Assembly: GCA_964016885.1 (NCBI GenBank)
Contig: OZ024751.1
Coordinates: forward strand, 37,820,001-37,884,000
Length of the DNA: 64,000 nt
Direction of reading: 5' to 3'
Origin: Eledone cirrhosa
Taxonomy: Eukaryota
Each line of letters starts with the position of its first letter. The stretch's first letter is position 1. Under the pieces are notes generated by a model. That model was not told the DNA's origin. It did not search any database and saw only the letters and a program-made list of their open reading frames with translations. The translations under genes were made by a program, and so were the position numbers. Of the stretch, positions 43,449-58,920 are shown piece by piece.

Positions 43449-44811
43449 TTACATGACATTACCGTTTATTTCAAAGAGAAATTAAACAATAAATACAAAT
43501 CAGCAGTAATTAGAAAATCTAAAGAAACAGAAAATAGAAGTTATATCTGCTGAGGTACATGTAGTAAACAGCCAGTAAAAACATGAGTCACCATTGAACA
43601 TCAAACAGCACATATGATATAAAACCTAACACATACACACACATACATATAGACAGATACCCACATATACATATACACATACACACATAACCATATGCAT
43701 ATATACCCCCATATACATATATACCCACATATACATATACACACACTTACACACATACCCACGTACACTCATAACCATATATCATATACCCACATACACA
43801 TATACATACACATACACACGTACACACAGAACAACATATATACATATACCACATATACACACATACACACATACACATATACACACATACACAGATACAT
43901 ACATAGACACATACACACATAACCACATATACATATGCTCACATATACATGTACACATATGCACTCATGCAGATATATTCTCTTGCACATATACAAACAT
44001 AGACATGTACAAGCATACACATATACAAACATACACAGATACATACATACACATAATCACTCATGCACACATACACTCATATGTATGTATATACACTCAT
44101 GCACACATACACACATACACACACATGCAAACACAACAATCACCAAAAGAAAACATTGATACTCATTGAATTAAAATCATTAGAGAACGAACTAGGAGGA
44201 TCTGTTTTATATTTTACTTTGTTTTTCTTGTAAGAAATCAACGTGAACTCAGAAAGAGCAGAAAATAACGAGGAGAATAGATTGAATTAAAATGACGTAA
44301 AACGAACCAATATTGTATATAGAATTGCCGGCGTCTGTGGTAATTGTTTGTAGAAGAGATTTCTTAGGAATTTAAGTAAAAAGAGATTAATGAAAGAAAA
44401 ATCTGGTCATAAAATGACCCATTATATGCAGCATATGCAGGTCTATAATAGATTCATACCATTTATAACGCAACTATGATTTTCAATGGATCGGGAATAT
44501 CTACATTCTCAGTTGGTCGAAGAACTAGAAATAGCAGCTATATCTCCTTTAAATAATTAGAATTGTTAGAAAGGAAACAAATGTCAAGCATTTTTCTTTT
44601 AACAAATTAGCGGTAACTCTAAAAACAGAAAATAGCGGTGTTTCCTTGATCAAAATACTTTATTTCACGTTGCCACAGTACACTCAGCTGAGTGTGAGTA
44701 CCAGCAGTAGGTGGGAATATAAAGATGTGATAGAGCGGCGTCCTATATTTACTTTTATTTAATTAAGTTCATTTACAAGGACGAAATTGACAATAAAACT
44801 CTCCCTCACTG

Positions 44812-44932
<121 letters not shown>

Positions 44933-45221
44933 TAGTGAGGTTTTTTATATGAAATCGTGTGTCGATGTGCAACGAAAGATTTATGTAAATTATGTAAACT
45001 ATATATATGTGTTTGTGTCTATATTGTATCTGTATTATTTTTGACCATCGGTCAGTCAATGGCAACATTGAGGACCGAGTAAGTTAGATCGCAGATATAA
45101 AAGACAGCGAGAAGCGAAAACCAACCAAACAGTGAGTGTGTTCTGTTGTTAATTCTGGCAATATTACACAAATATGACCCTCCCCAAGTATAATAATATA
45201 TATATATATATATATAGAGAG

Positions 45222-45266
<45 letters not shown>

Positions 45267-45269
45267 TAT

Positions 45270-47200
45270 TTCTTTTATTTGCCACTAGGGCATCAAAAGT
45301 GGGACAAGTACAAAGGGGGGAGTTTACACAAAAAGGCGTCCTCAATAAGGAGGAGGCAATAACAAAATATAAAAATAAAATAAGATATAACAAAAAATAA
45401 AATTTTTAACAAAATCCTCAATAGAGAGGAGGCGCCTTGGGGGGTCGCACACACCCCCGAAAAAAGTGTGCAACCCTTCTCCTCAGGAGCACAGAGAAGG
45501 GGTGCTCCCTTGGTCTTTCATCTTCCTCACCTATAGTCTGATGTAGAGTGAAGGCCCATTCACACGGGCCATTCTCGCCACTTTCACCCATCTTTCATAG
45601 AAACGGCTGGGGTGCAGCACCTCTCTCTCCATCCTGATCCTTCTTCCGAAATGATATCGGAAGAAACGGACCAGTTGTTGGCCAGAGAGAAAGGTGCCCG
45701 ACCTCAGTCCTTTCAGACGCGTCCACCATACAACCTCTTTCGCCATGGCTATTACGCACAGAAACACCGCCTCTGCTTCATCTTTGAAGGGGGGAGGCGG
45801 CTTGATCATTACAATAGACTCGGTGGTCAACCGGATCGGTCCCACCCTTGACAGCAGTTGTTCGACATAGCCCCACAGATCGGCTACGCCCGAGCAGTGT
45901 ACTAATGCGTGTGCAACGGTTTCCTCGTCGCACACGCATCTGGGACAGATCTTTTTGGCGGGGTCCCTACCCGGGCGCCCGTGTCTGTAGAGCCTTTCTC
46001 GAACGGGTAAAGCCCCTCGGTAGCACTGCCAGGCCAGGGACTTCTGGAAGTTGTCCATAGGTCCCGGGCTGAATGTCCTACCGAACAGGCTGGCCAGTTC
46101 GTCCTCCTCCATGTCTAGGGCTTCTCCGAGGGCGTCGTCGCACCTGCTGCGTACCAGCCCTCTATAGAATGTTGCGGTGGAGTCTCCACTGATAACCGGA
46201 TCCGCCTGCCAGAGGGCGGTGAGCGCCTGGGCACACTCAGTGTGCCAGGCGCCCAGTTTTCTCGGTCTCTGCTTGACCCAGGATTGCAGCTCGGTGAGTG
46301 AGACGAGTCTGGGAAAGGTTCGTCTCACAAACGAGGCCCACACCGGTTGTCCGGTGAGGAATACGTAGAGGTGCCGTAGCCTTAATGCGTGTTTACGCAT
46401 CATTAGCCACGGCATCCCCAGCCCTCCTTTCGAAGGGTGTTGACAGCAGATGGATCTCCTCACTATAGGAGCCCGCCTCTTCCAAAGGAATTGGAAGAGC
46501 GCGCGCTCCATCTTGGTGAGGGTTTCCCTTGGGCAGGGTACTACGGTCAGGCGGTAGTAGATGACGGACGCTATGTAGGTGTTCGCCACCTCCGCCCGAC
46601 CTTTCAGGGATAGTTTGCAACTGGCCCACTTCTGGGTCAGTGCAAACACCCTGTTCGTAACCTCCGCCCAGTTTTTCTCCACCTGGAGGTCCGGTCCGAA
46701 CCAGACCCCGAGCAACTTCACCGGGCCCTCCGTCCAGCGTCCGACGACGCTATCGGAGGGCATCGGTCTGCCCCTCCACGTGCCGAGTTGCAAACCGATC
46801 GACTTGTCCCGGTTCAGCTTAGCCCCTGTGAACTTTTCGTACTCCTCCAGTAAGGTGCCGACCGCCTCGATTTCGGAGGCCGTCGACACCATTACTGTCA
46901 CGTCATCGGCGTAGGCCGACACCGCTTTCCGCAATCCCGGTTCCAAAGGGATGCCCTGCAACAACTCCAACTTCCGCAGTAGTGGCTCGAGAGTCAACAC
47001 ATACAGAAGGGAGGAGAGAGGGCACCCTTGTCGGATGGACCGCGCGATTTTGAACGGCTCCGAGAGGTAGCCGTTCACCTTGACCCTAGAGCAGATGCGG
47101 CTGCTGTGCATAGCAGTGATCCAGCCCCTGAAAACGGGTCCGAAGCCTGCCGCCGCTAGCACCGCATCCAGGTAACCATGGTCGACCCTATCGAACGCCT
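45270..47200 (-). mobile_element. 5'-truncated L1/Tx1-group non-LTR retrotransposon
   Basis: RT ORF remnant, ~260-nt 3' UTR ending AATAAAAGAA; the same 25-nt sequence flanks both ends (45245-45269 and 47201-47225). Confidence 0.92.
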
Positions 47201-47204
47201 TAGA
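45531..47204 (-). CDS. Truncated ORF2: reverse transcriptase plus C-terminal CCHC zinc knuckle
   Basis: SKAFDRVDH, RQGCPLS, YADD, LLGV and CPRC-x8-H-x4-C motifs; 557 uninterrupted codons. The first 26 aa of the listed ORF come from flanking DNA. Confidence 0.93.
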   Translation of the reverse strand, partial: SKAFDRVDHGYLDAVLAAAGFGPVFRGWITAMHSSRICSRVKVNGYLSEPFKIARSIRQGCPLSSLLYVLTLEPLLRKLELLQGIPLEPGLRKAVSAYADDVTVMVSTASEIEAVGTLLEEYEKFTGAKLNRDKSIGLQLGTWRGRPMPSDSVVGRWTEGPVKLLGVWFGPDLQVEKNWAEVTNRVFALTQKWASCKLSLKGRAEVANTYIASVIYYRLTVVPCPRETLTKMERALFQFLWKRRAPIVRRSICCQHPSKGGLGMPWLMMRKHALRLRHLYVFLTGQPVWASFVRRTFPRLVSLTELQSWVKQRPRKLGAWHTECAQALTALWQADPVISGDSTATFYRGLVRSRCDDALGEALDMEEDELASLFGRTFSPGPMDNFQKSLAWQCYRGALPVRERLYRHGRPGRDPAKKICPRCVCDEETVAHALVHCSGVADLWGYVEQLLSRVGPIRLTTESIVMIKPPPPFKDEAEAVFLCVIAMAKEVVWWTRLKGLRSGTFLSGQQLVRFFRYHFGRRIRMEREVLHPSRFYERWVKVARMARVNGPSLYIRL

Positions 47205-48676
47205 TAGATAGATAGATAGATATATGTGTGTGTGTTTTGCAAAGTTTTTGATATTTTGATATGAAATCGTGTGTTGAAACAAATATTGTTATATTCGGGG
47301 AGGGTCATATTGTTATAATATTGCTAGAAATGATAATAAAACACACTCACTGTTTGGTTTGAATTGGTTTTCGTTTCTGTATATTGTATATCCCTTTAGT
47401 TAATTTATCTGGCAATCAATATTTATTATTGATTGACCAATGGTTAAAAATATAGATATAAATATATATAATCTAAAGTTCTTTCATCACACACCTGTGA
47501 CATCACCATGCACATATGCACTTAATGATTGTTGTGTGTGTATGTGTGTATTTGTGCATGAGTATGTGTGCACGAGTGTGTATGTGTGCATTAATATATG
47601 TGTATGAGTGTGTACGTGCAATCCAAACCAAATAGTGAGTGTGTTTTGTTATTATTTCTGGTAATTTGATAACAATATGACCCTCCCCAAATATAACAAT
47701 ATACATATATATATATATTACTGTTTCTAAATGTTAAAACATGCCATTACCTATGTGCTTCTTAACCAAGCTGGTGTCCTTATTTCTCGTTAATCTTACA
47801 TTAATAATACATTTTAAGTTGCATTTTAAATAAAGCTTTCCTTATGAGTGAGTAGATTATATATAGCACTAAGAACGTCACTTTATACAAATAACATTTC
47901 TCTCCTTCAATATAAAAATGTTTTATTTATGATTCAATATCACCTATTGTTAGACATCCATATATTTGCCCTCCTTACACGTTGATGTTTCCTCTCGCTG
48001 TAAGTGTGTTTTTTCCTTCCACTATTTAAGCATTCTAAGAGTTTATGATCATTAAAAGGATCGCGACATGAAGTCAATATTCAACACACATAACACACAA
48101 AAACCCACAAACACACTCGAGTTGTATACACACATACACATATACTAGCGCTCGATTTCTATGAACAAACACACACACACGATTTGTATTACAAAGCACT
48201 CAACTAAGAGATGTTACCAGCGTGAAGAGGTGACCAATTTTAAGTGCTCTTTAATTTGAATGCCAGGGATATATATTAAAACGCAACAGAAAATTGTAAT
48301 GTTACAAAAATTGGTAGAAAGACGTAGGAAAGCATTAAACAAAAAAAATCTTTAGGTGAAGAAAAAGCAGTTAATGCTAAATAAACTAACCAAAATTTCA
48401 TGTAAATATTAAAACATATCTCTCAAAATTCTTTTGACATTTACATCAAACTTTCGTCATCAGAAAAACTAAATGACAGAACTTTAGCGAATCACCAGAA
48501 GACAAAAAGACAAGCTAATAGACACATAAATAAACCTCCTGTTTAAAAATCATCTGTAAATCCCAACTTATGTTTTTGACACATGTGGTTTATCTTATAA
48601 AACCAAAGGTAAGTTTCTCGCAGAAAATATACTATATATATATATATATATATATACAGGATTGACTGTATGGGTG

Positions 48677-48846
<170 letters not shown>

Positions 48847-49424
48847 ATTTAATCCCAATAAAAGACTTCCTACTTGTTTCCATTAAGATTTCACATGTAC
48901 GGACGGTCTAGTGACAGACGATGGAACACTAAACTATAAATATATCAAGGTATTATATTATTTCCCTTTCATCCCGTAAGTTTCTGAGATCAAATGCTGC
49001 CAATGTTGAGTACACCTGTCATTTTATTGGGATCAATCAAATAAGTACCTGCTATGAAATATAATAAAATCGATACAACTGAACTTACATTTCCTATCGA
49101 AATTATTTGATTTAATACCAATGGAATAGACATTAATATTACGTGTAAATCATCTGATATATGTCTAATTTTAATTACACACCGATATAATTATTCGCTT
49201 GAGATCAAAGAACAAGCTAATACTAGTAAACCGGAATTATCTGAAAGTATTTTTATTTCAAATAAAGACAGTCTATAAACTCATTATGTGAAATTAGATT
49301 TTAATTAGTTTATTCTAGTTAGACTTCATTAGTTGGTGTTACTATTCTATGAAATTAACGACGCGGTAAAATACAGAGAACCATTTTCGACAATAGTACG
49401 GAGACACAAAATATATTTCAAAGT

Positions 49425-49670
49425 CTCTCTCAAGCCAGGAGGCTCTTCAGGCCGGTACTTATCCCAGTTTCGTGACATAAAGCGACTGAGAATACAAGAC
49501 GACCCCCTGGACAGGACGTCAGGCCATCGCAAGGTTAAACATCCAGCTATTACTGGTACTCATTCTCAGCTGAGTATACTGGAACAACATGAAATGAAAT
49601 GTTTTCTTCAAGAATAAAACACACACCCCAGCTGAAGAATCGAGCCCACAACACTATGCTCCAAAATGCG
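49425..49670 (-). mobile_element. tRNA-derived SINE
   Basis: GGCCGGTACTTATCCCAGTTTC..AAGCGACTGAGA..CCCCCTGGACAGGACG..CAGCTGAGTATACTGGAACAACATGAAATG; inverse of the body at 10140-10175 and 44660-44690. Confidence 0.65.
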
Positions 49671-50282
49671 AAGCTCTTTCACACACACATGCTTGTGTAT
49701 GTGGGTGTATATGTGCATGTGTGTGTGCTTGTGTATGTGTTTCGATGCAGGAAATTCAATTAGTAGTTATTTACAGTCATTTACCCGATTTATGGGAACA
49801 TTAAATCATTGTCGATACTTTCTTTGCTACAGCTGCAAGTAACGTCTTTGTGCAATTTTCTCACGTGGATCATACATATTTTATAGATGCACAAACATGA
49901 AAGCACTGCTTATCCAATATAACTCGAAGCGAACGTCATTTGGTATATATACCAAATACACCTTTTGCTACAGTATTTAATATTTATGTTGGTAGCATTG
50001 GAAATAGTAAATAAGATTGTCTACTAATAAAGACATATTTGAAGTGTGAAGAAGATATTCTCAAGATCAGTGTCCCACAGAAATAGTACCAAATAAACTA
50101 AACAACTTATATAGAGGTCAAATCTTCGAGGTTGTATTGGGGAAAAATATCTTTAAATAGCACAACTTGTACGCAACTTGTCATGTATATCTAACGACAT
50201 ATTGTCAATACAATTGGCAAACCTCAAATCTAATATATTGACACAGAAATAGATCGAATTGTTCTCAACTCTCTCTTTCTCT

Positions 50283-50325
<43 letters not shown>

Positions 50326-50327
<2 letters not shown>

Positions 50328-50426
50328 GTATTTCCCGGCGTTGAAGACGCTCTTTTCCTAAAATAACTCTCAAAAATCTACCATACATTCTCGAGGACGA
50401 AACATCTTCGGCACCGGAAAATATAG
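50326..50426. mobile_element. Small MITE with CCGTATTT-type TIRs
   Basis: TA-CCGTATTTCCCGGCG...CACCGGAAAATATAG-TA. Confidence 0.6.
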
Positions 50427-51195
50427 TATATATATGTTTGTGTGTGCGTGTTTCCTTTCCTTAGGTTACCCTTCTGGCTTAGGAACAGCTATATAGTTTA
50501 AACATGTAGATAAGTATTTTTCTTTCTTTCTTTCGTAGATAACTTGTTGTCAGATACCCATAATCTATGGCTTATTCGAGGCTAAACTATTAGCTAAATT
50601 CACTAAGGTAGAGAAATATGTAATACGAACGGGCATTGCTGATTTTCAAATGTTGAGTTCGTGACACGAATCCACGTGATTAGGCGAACTAAGTTGTTTG
50701 TATGTCAGACTGCCAAATTAATTTCACTTTCGTATCTAAGTGTCTGAATTCTGCTTTAAATAGGATAAACATATTGAAATGTCAAATGTTTACTTAGATG
50801 TAATATTTCTATAATTTATATAGTTTATTGTTATACACAAGAAGAACACCGTAAATATTATTGTTTGATTCATCTAAAGAGCCCACGTGAAAAATGGACG
50901 AACGAATGATTAAATCTAGAGGTAAATACTAATCTTCTTTGTTATTTTTTTTCATAAAAAAATATATATCGATGTTACATTTACATAGAAAATTTTGGTT
51001 GTGCTGTCTAGACAATTGTTGTGAATGCAACTGTATGGTCCTCATTTTGAAAGATCTAAATATATCTTCTGCCAAGAGCCATATTGTTTATTGTTGCTAG
51101 AGGGTTAAACATTAGTTCAATAAAGCTAAATTTGATCTTGAGTACTAGTTAATTATAATTGGTTGAATAAGTACGACCTTTGAAAGGGTATGTAC

Positions 51196-51298
<103 letters not shown>

Positions 51299-51400
51299 TA
51301 GATATGTGTGTGTGTTCGTGTTTTTATGTATGTATTTACAAATTCAGACACACATACGCCACCCCCCCCCCATATATACATATATATATATATATGTGTA

Positions 51401-51464
<64 letters not shown>

Positions 51465-51802
51465 TGTATGTGTATAAAGTTTAGCTATCTAACGCTACAA
51501 CAGGTCTTATAGATTTCCCATTCAGTATGGTATATATATATTTTTGTTTACAATTCAACGTATAAGATAAATATAAAAATGTAGTTTAGGTCAGATTAGA
51601 TAATTTCAAAATATATCTAAATGAGCTTGGTTTTGTTTTAAATGTCACGACCTGAACTTGCTTTCAAGCTCAATGTAATAAAACCAGATGAACTTATATT
51701 CGGTTCTACGAAAATGAATGATTATATATTTTTTCTTACGTTTCAAAACTTCAAAATAGCATACCACACAAACATACACATAAAAGCATATACATATATC
51801 TA

Positions 51803-51893
<91 letters not shown>

Positions 51894-52029
51894 ATATAGA
51901 TATATATATTCAATACACATTTTTTTCTAATACATATAGAGATATGGTTAAAATATTACTAAGACTGTAAAATTCATACAAAAGAAAATCATCTATTATA
52001 TATATATATGTATATATATATACATATAT

Positions 52030-52080
<51 letters not shown>

Positions 52081-52095
52081 TATATACATATATAT

Positions 52096-52284
<189 letters not shown>

Positions 52285-52646
52285 TATATCCAATATATAT
52301 ATATATGTGTGTGTGTGTGTATATTACCTATTATTATATATTATCTGTTATTCTATATCATTATACATATATGTGTTGTATGGTAGAAGCTGCGACATGA
52401 ATGGAAGAGAAACCAATGAAAATATCTAAATAAAATAGTAAAGATACGTAATGTAAGAATTAAAAGTACCTCAACAAATAATGGTCATGTGACTATGTAT
52501 AGTATGTATAGATTAATGATTTAGCCTTGTCAATAGCTGTTATGCTACATTTCATGTATGGCTGCACTGCGTCAATATTTACAAAGCAAAATATCTAATA
52601 TGTATATATATATATATACGTGTATATATGTGTATGCATATGCATA

Positions 52647-52687
<41 letters not shown>

Positions 52688-52700
52688 GTGTGTATGTATA

Positions 52701-52760
<60 letters not shown>

Positions 52761-52866
52761 TGTATATATATAATATATATACACACATATATACACGTAT
52801 ATATATATATACACACACGTATATATATGTATATATATGTATATATATATATACACATATATACAC

Positions 52867-52922
<56 letters not shown>

Positions 52923-55106
52923 TTATAATTAAGTTATACGCTGATATTTATTCATGTCTAGATACATATCTTTATATGCGTGCTTGCATACAAACGTGCA
53001 CACACACACACACTTAATTTCTCCCTATGACACCCACCCCTCCACACACACATATATATATATATATATACATTCTTGTATTCAAATATACCACTGCATT
53101 TAGAATTGCATATTTAGTTTTTTCTTTGTTTAAACTTAGAATGTAAAAGGTCAACTCTTTGATGTAGAAAAGACAAATGAAAGAAAATTATTGAATGAAA
53201 ACGAAAACTGTTTTAACAGGTTTCCGTTAATATTCCATTAACCAGAACACAAGAAAAAGGTCAAAACATGCTAACCAATAAAAGAAAATGTATATATAAT
53301 AATCATCATAAATACATGCAAATTCTCACAAACAAAAGCATATGAACAGGATTACATAACAACATGGAGTACATTGATGTGTTCGTACCAATCCTTGACA
53401 AAATATAATAGCTTTTATAAGAACTTCTTGTATATCCATATTCATTCTTTTTCTTACTTTCAAACGAAAGTTTTAATGCTTCTCTCATTAGACGATACTC
53501 GACACACCTTGCTTGCACGTCATGTATATATTATTGCTGTTCATATTGTTGTAGTTGTTACTACTTGTTTTGTTACCGTTATTTCTGTTATTGTTTTGTT
53601 GTTGTTGTTGTTGTTGTTGTTGTTTTTTATATTCAACGATGTTTCTCAGTGCTGCCGCCATGTTATTTCAAGATTTATATTATTCCATGTGGTAGAGACT
53701 TTGGCTATATTGATGCTGGCATTGCCAATGGTAGTGTTAACTATAGAAGAGGTTTGCTCGTATATATAGCATTATTTTCTTTGGACTTGCGTATGTATGT
53801 GTTATGTAATACCTAACGCATATATGTATAAGCGGTATTTGCACACTGATCAGATGTGGTCAGAAACAGTTTTCATTTTGTCGCGAATGAGGCAAGATAT
53901 CAAGAATGGACGACTGACAATAGAATGTTATCAGACAGTTACAGCTCTCCTCGTGTCGGACAGGGTGACTATGCAAACTTTCAATTACATTTCGTTAGAG
54001 GATTAGCATTGGGGAAGAACAGTGAAGGAGATTAAACGGGTGCTCTGATGCGAATTATTTCAGTCGGGAAGCTAGGAACAGTTTCAAGTTATCCCCACCC
54101 ACTTCTCCTAATTTTGATTGAAAAGCTTTCTTCTCTAATTCAGAAGGAATACGAATGCCTCGCCAGAAACAGAACGAATTTCAAAGAGACAAAGAGCCAG
54201 GAATATAATTGTGGGTCTATTTTAATCATATAATCACCATAAACGAATATTTCATGATCGAAACATTGATTTATTGAGTTGATTTAAGATAAAATGTAAG
54301 GATATTCTCGCGTAGCAACGCTGTACTGTATATTCTTAATAAATTATCAGCCGTGATAATCTGGAGTTTGTCTCGAACCTGTCCATTCTTAGTTCAAATC
54401 GCAGAGGATTTGTACCGAGCGAGGGATAAGACCAACTGACAATCGGCACCATTCCTTTTGATTTCTTTCTCTTTCCCCATATGTGTCACTATAGATACTA
54501 AGATCTCCACACTCTCACTAACAAATCCTTACATAGTGATTTATATAATTTATACTACAGAACTCAATGCTTCTACGACAGTTTTTTCTTGCTGCGCTTT
54601 TAGATAGTACTTTATTTGATTTCGTTTATATTTATTTAACATTATTCTTGTTTGTTTTTTAAGTAATGTCTAATTCTCTCTTCCGTTCAAGTGTATATAT
54701 TTTATTTTGTATCATTTCTTCTGTTAATTTGGTTGATTAAAGAAAAAAAATACTGATCGCTGTATGAAGTTTATTTACACAAGGGGAAATGAAAACAACT
54801 TAATTTAATAATAACCAAAAAGTAAATTTTTCTTTCTTCAAGTGACAACATCGAGTCAATGGCAGATAATTGCAGCATGATTCTCGACAACAGGTGCCCG
54901 AAAGATAGAACGGGAAGAAAATGAATAAATAATCAAACACGAATATAAAATTGTAAAAAAAGATCAGGGAAAAGAGTACTGTAACGAAATAAACATTGTT
55001 AAGTTTTACTAATTAGAATCTAATGAGAAAACAACATTTTTAGTGTTGAGATCCAAAACGTATAACTGCTAGCTAGTAAAACAATGTATTTATTTCGTTG
55101 TATATT

Positions 55107-55165
<59 letters not shown>

Positions 55166-55245
55166 GAATATATATGTGTGTGAGTATCTATGTATGTATG
55201 AATGTTTGTATATACATGTTTACATATGTATCCATGTATGTATGA

Positions 55246-55287
<42 letters not shown>

Positions 55288-55316
55288 TTAGGTATTTACT
55301 TGCATACACATGTATG

Positions 55317-55354
<38 letters not shown>

Positions 55355-55794
55355 TGTAGGCGTGTATGTGTTTTGCATTTTTGTTACGGAATTAATACTA
55401 CGAAGCTAGAAAGTTTCAAGCAAAAGATTATACCAACGAATTAGTAATATTTTCCGGGGCTATAACATACATAAAAGTTCATATCTCATACCATATTAGC
55501 CGCATGTTGTCTGAACATCAATCTACTATTTAATTATGTATGATTAATTATTTAATTATTCGGTCAGCTTGTAATAGAAGTTGTCTTGTTTATTTTTTCA
55601 ATTATATATTTTAGCTTTTCTTGATTCCTTCTCTGCAGTGAAAGCAATATTTTTTTCCAGTTGTATATAGTATTATAATCATTTTAAGTATTTGAATTTG
55701 AACAGAAGCAGTAAAAGTTATTTATGATGAAAAGTTCCTAATGATTCGTCATGATATAACTTTAGATTTATAAGATTCTTTACGTAACAGGTAA

Positions 55795-55980
55795 TAATTG
55801 TTTCTACTTTTTGCCACAAGGCCAGCAATTACACACAGTACATTACTGGTACTTTATTTTATCGACCCCATATGGATGAAAGGCAAAGTTAACCTCGGCG
55901 GGATTTGAACTCATGCCGTAAAGGGACGTAACTATGCTGGAAAACATGGCGTCCGAGCCTCTACCGAGACTGCCAATAAT
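55795..55980 (-). mobile_element. tRNA-derived SINE
   Basis: Reverse complement of the 6091-6286 family. Confidence 0.8.
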
Positions 55981-56518
55981 AATTCTAAAGAAATATAATT
56001 AGTTTCAAAGAATCTTACATGGTTAAATCAGTAAATAGCAAACACAGAGTTCAATACATACATACATATGTGTGTGTTTGTGTGTGTGTGTGTCTGTGTG
56101 CGTGCCTGTCTGTGTCTGTGCGTCTCTCTGTGTGTGTCTGTGTCTCTGTGTGTGTGTCTCTGGGTCTCTCTGTGTCAGTGTGTCTCTGTGTCTCTGTGTG
56201 CGTGCGTCTGTGTGTCTCTGTGTACGTGTGTCCGTGTGTCTCTGTGTGCGTGTGTCTGTGTGTCTCTGTGTGTGTGTGTGTGTGTGCGTGCGTATGTGTG
56301 TCTCTGTGTGCGTGTGTCTGTGTGTCTCTGTGTGTATGTGTCTGTGTCTGTGTCTCTGTATGTGTGTGTGTCTGTGTGTCTCTGTGCGTGCGTGTGTGTC
56401 TGTGTGCGTCTGTGTGTCTCTGTGTGTCTGTGTCTCTGTATGTGTGTGTGTATTATATGTTACAACTTTTCAGAAAATGCGGGAATGAGCTTGTTATATA
56501 ATAGGATAGCGATCTCAA

Positions 56519-56755
<237 letters not shown>

Positions 56756-57290
56756 TGCTGATGTTGATCCTATTATGTCTTAAAATGACCTAGCTCTTAA
56801 TGAAGAAATCAATATATTCCCTTTGATGTTTACCGACGGTTTTCAGTAGCCTGCTTCAGCAAAGTCTTGGCTACTTAACATTTTGATTACGTTGTACAGT
56901 ATTAGTGTTGTTATTATTGTTGTTGTTGTTAACAAAGCCCACTTATGATCAAAGGCACTCCAGTTGTGACAATCCCGTCATATTTTTCTGTCATAATGTC
57001 ATAATGTATTTATGGTTGCTTTATATTCAATGGTCTATTTTGTTTTAATATGTTATAAAGTGATTGGAGAGATCTTACGGTACACGTATCTGTATTTTGG
57101 TCGTTTCAAAAGATGACGGGTTATTTATTAGCTGAGTGGTTCAAAAAGATGCTTCTGACAAAATATATGAAGGCTACAAATAAATATATATTGAGTACTA
57201 TAGTAAATCTACTCTTTGTTTTTAAACACTGGGAACGTACGTACCATTCACCGATATATATATGTGTGTGTGTGTGTGTGTATGTGTGTG

Positions 57291-57339
<49 letters not shown>

Positions 57340-57360
57340 ATGTGTGTGTGTATGTGTGTG

Positions 57361-57441
<81 letters not shown>

Positions 57442-57861
57442 ATGTGTATGTGTGTGGGTATATATATATACATATATATATAATGTGTGTGGGTGTATAT
57501 ACACATATATAGATATATATGTGTGTGTGTATGTGCGTATGTGTGTGGGTGTATATACATATATATATATATGTGTGTGTGTGTGTATGAGTAGGTTTAT
57601 TTATATGTTTATATATATATGTGTATATGAGGTATATGTATATATATATATAGTAATAATAATAATATTTATATTTATATATAGATAGCTAGAATGATGC
57701 ATATGAGTGGGTGTTATATGTACACATGAATTGAATGATAAATGATTCTCAATCAAAGCATATCTAAATCTGTACACTGTATCTCACAGGCAGATTTTAT
57801 TGAACAAAGAAGTTAGAATTTCAATATTGTTTTCTATCTAAAATCATGTTCGCCTCTCTCG

Positions 57862-57900
<39 letters not shown>

Positions 57901-57903
57901 AGA

Positions 57904-57973
<70 letters not shown>

Positions 57974-57989
57974 AGAGAGAGAGGAGGAG

Positions 57990-58031
<42 letters not shown>

Positions 58032-58121
58032 CATATATACATATCAAGATATGCTACGATATGTTTAAAAAAATCAATATCCTTTCAACTTTAATGTGGA
58101 ATATCCATTCATGAATACCAA

Positions 58122-58279
<158 letters not shown>

Positions 58280-58784
58280 TAATTATTAAAATTTCCTATT
58301 GCCCTTTCCAGTTTCATAAGCGTTCATAAAACGCCAGTTATCTAAGTATTTTTGCAAAACCTGCCCGTTTCCACTAGCAATAATTGTTTACAATTTAAAC
58401 TTCAAATATCATATGTTTTAGATATCATATCACTTTCATTCATATGTTATATAATCTTGAAATAAATATAGATGCTTTTTTTTGCCTATACACACAGAGA
58501 GAGAGACTCACACTCACAGATATATACAGACACAGAGAGATAAAGAGAAAGATAGTTCTAGCTCTATTTTGATTTGGGAGCATAAATATATAATTTCAAG
58601 ATCGAGCCCTCATATATCAAATTAATTTTCTTAAAGAATTAAACGGCAAAACTCTTTGATATATTCTTATATATTCCAAAGAGTGTTATAGTCCCGAACA
58701 CTTTATATATTTATTTCGCTCTGAAATCTTCCCAAATTTTTTAAAGAATGTTGATGCTGATTTTAGACAGCCAATTGTCAGAGT

Positions 58785-58920
58785 CGTTACTGCGTCAGAA
58801 ATAATATTTTGTGAATCTTGTTGCAGTTCTGAGTTTAAATTCCGCCAAGGTCAACCTTGTCTTTCCTCATTCTGCGGTCGATTAAAAAATACCAGTCCTG
58901 TACTTCTTTCGATTTCCCCC
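58785..58920 (+). mobile_element. Degenerate SINE
   Basis: GAGTTTAAATTCCGCCAAGGTCAACCTTG...GGTCGATTAAAAAATACCAGT. Confidence 0.6.

Noticed and set aside
48400-48470. CTGATGA on the minus strand as an HHR
   Set aside because: No correctly placed GAAA/UH and no stem I.
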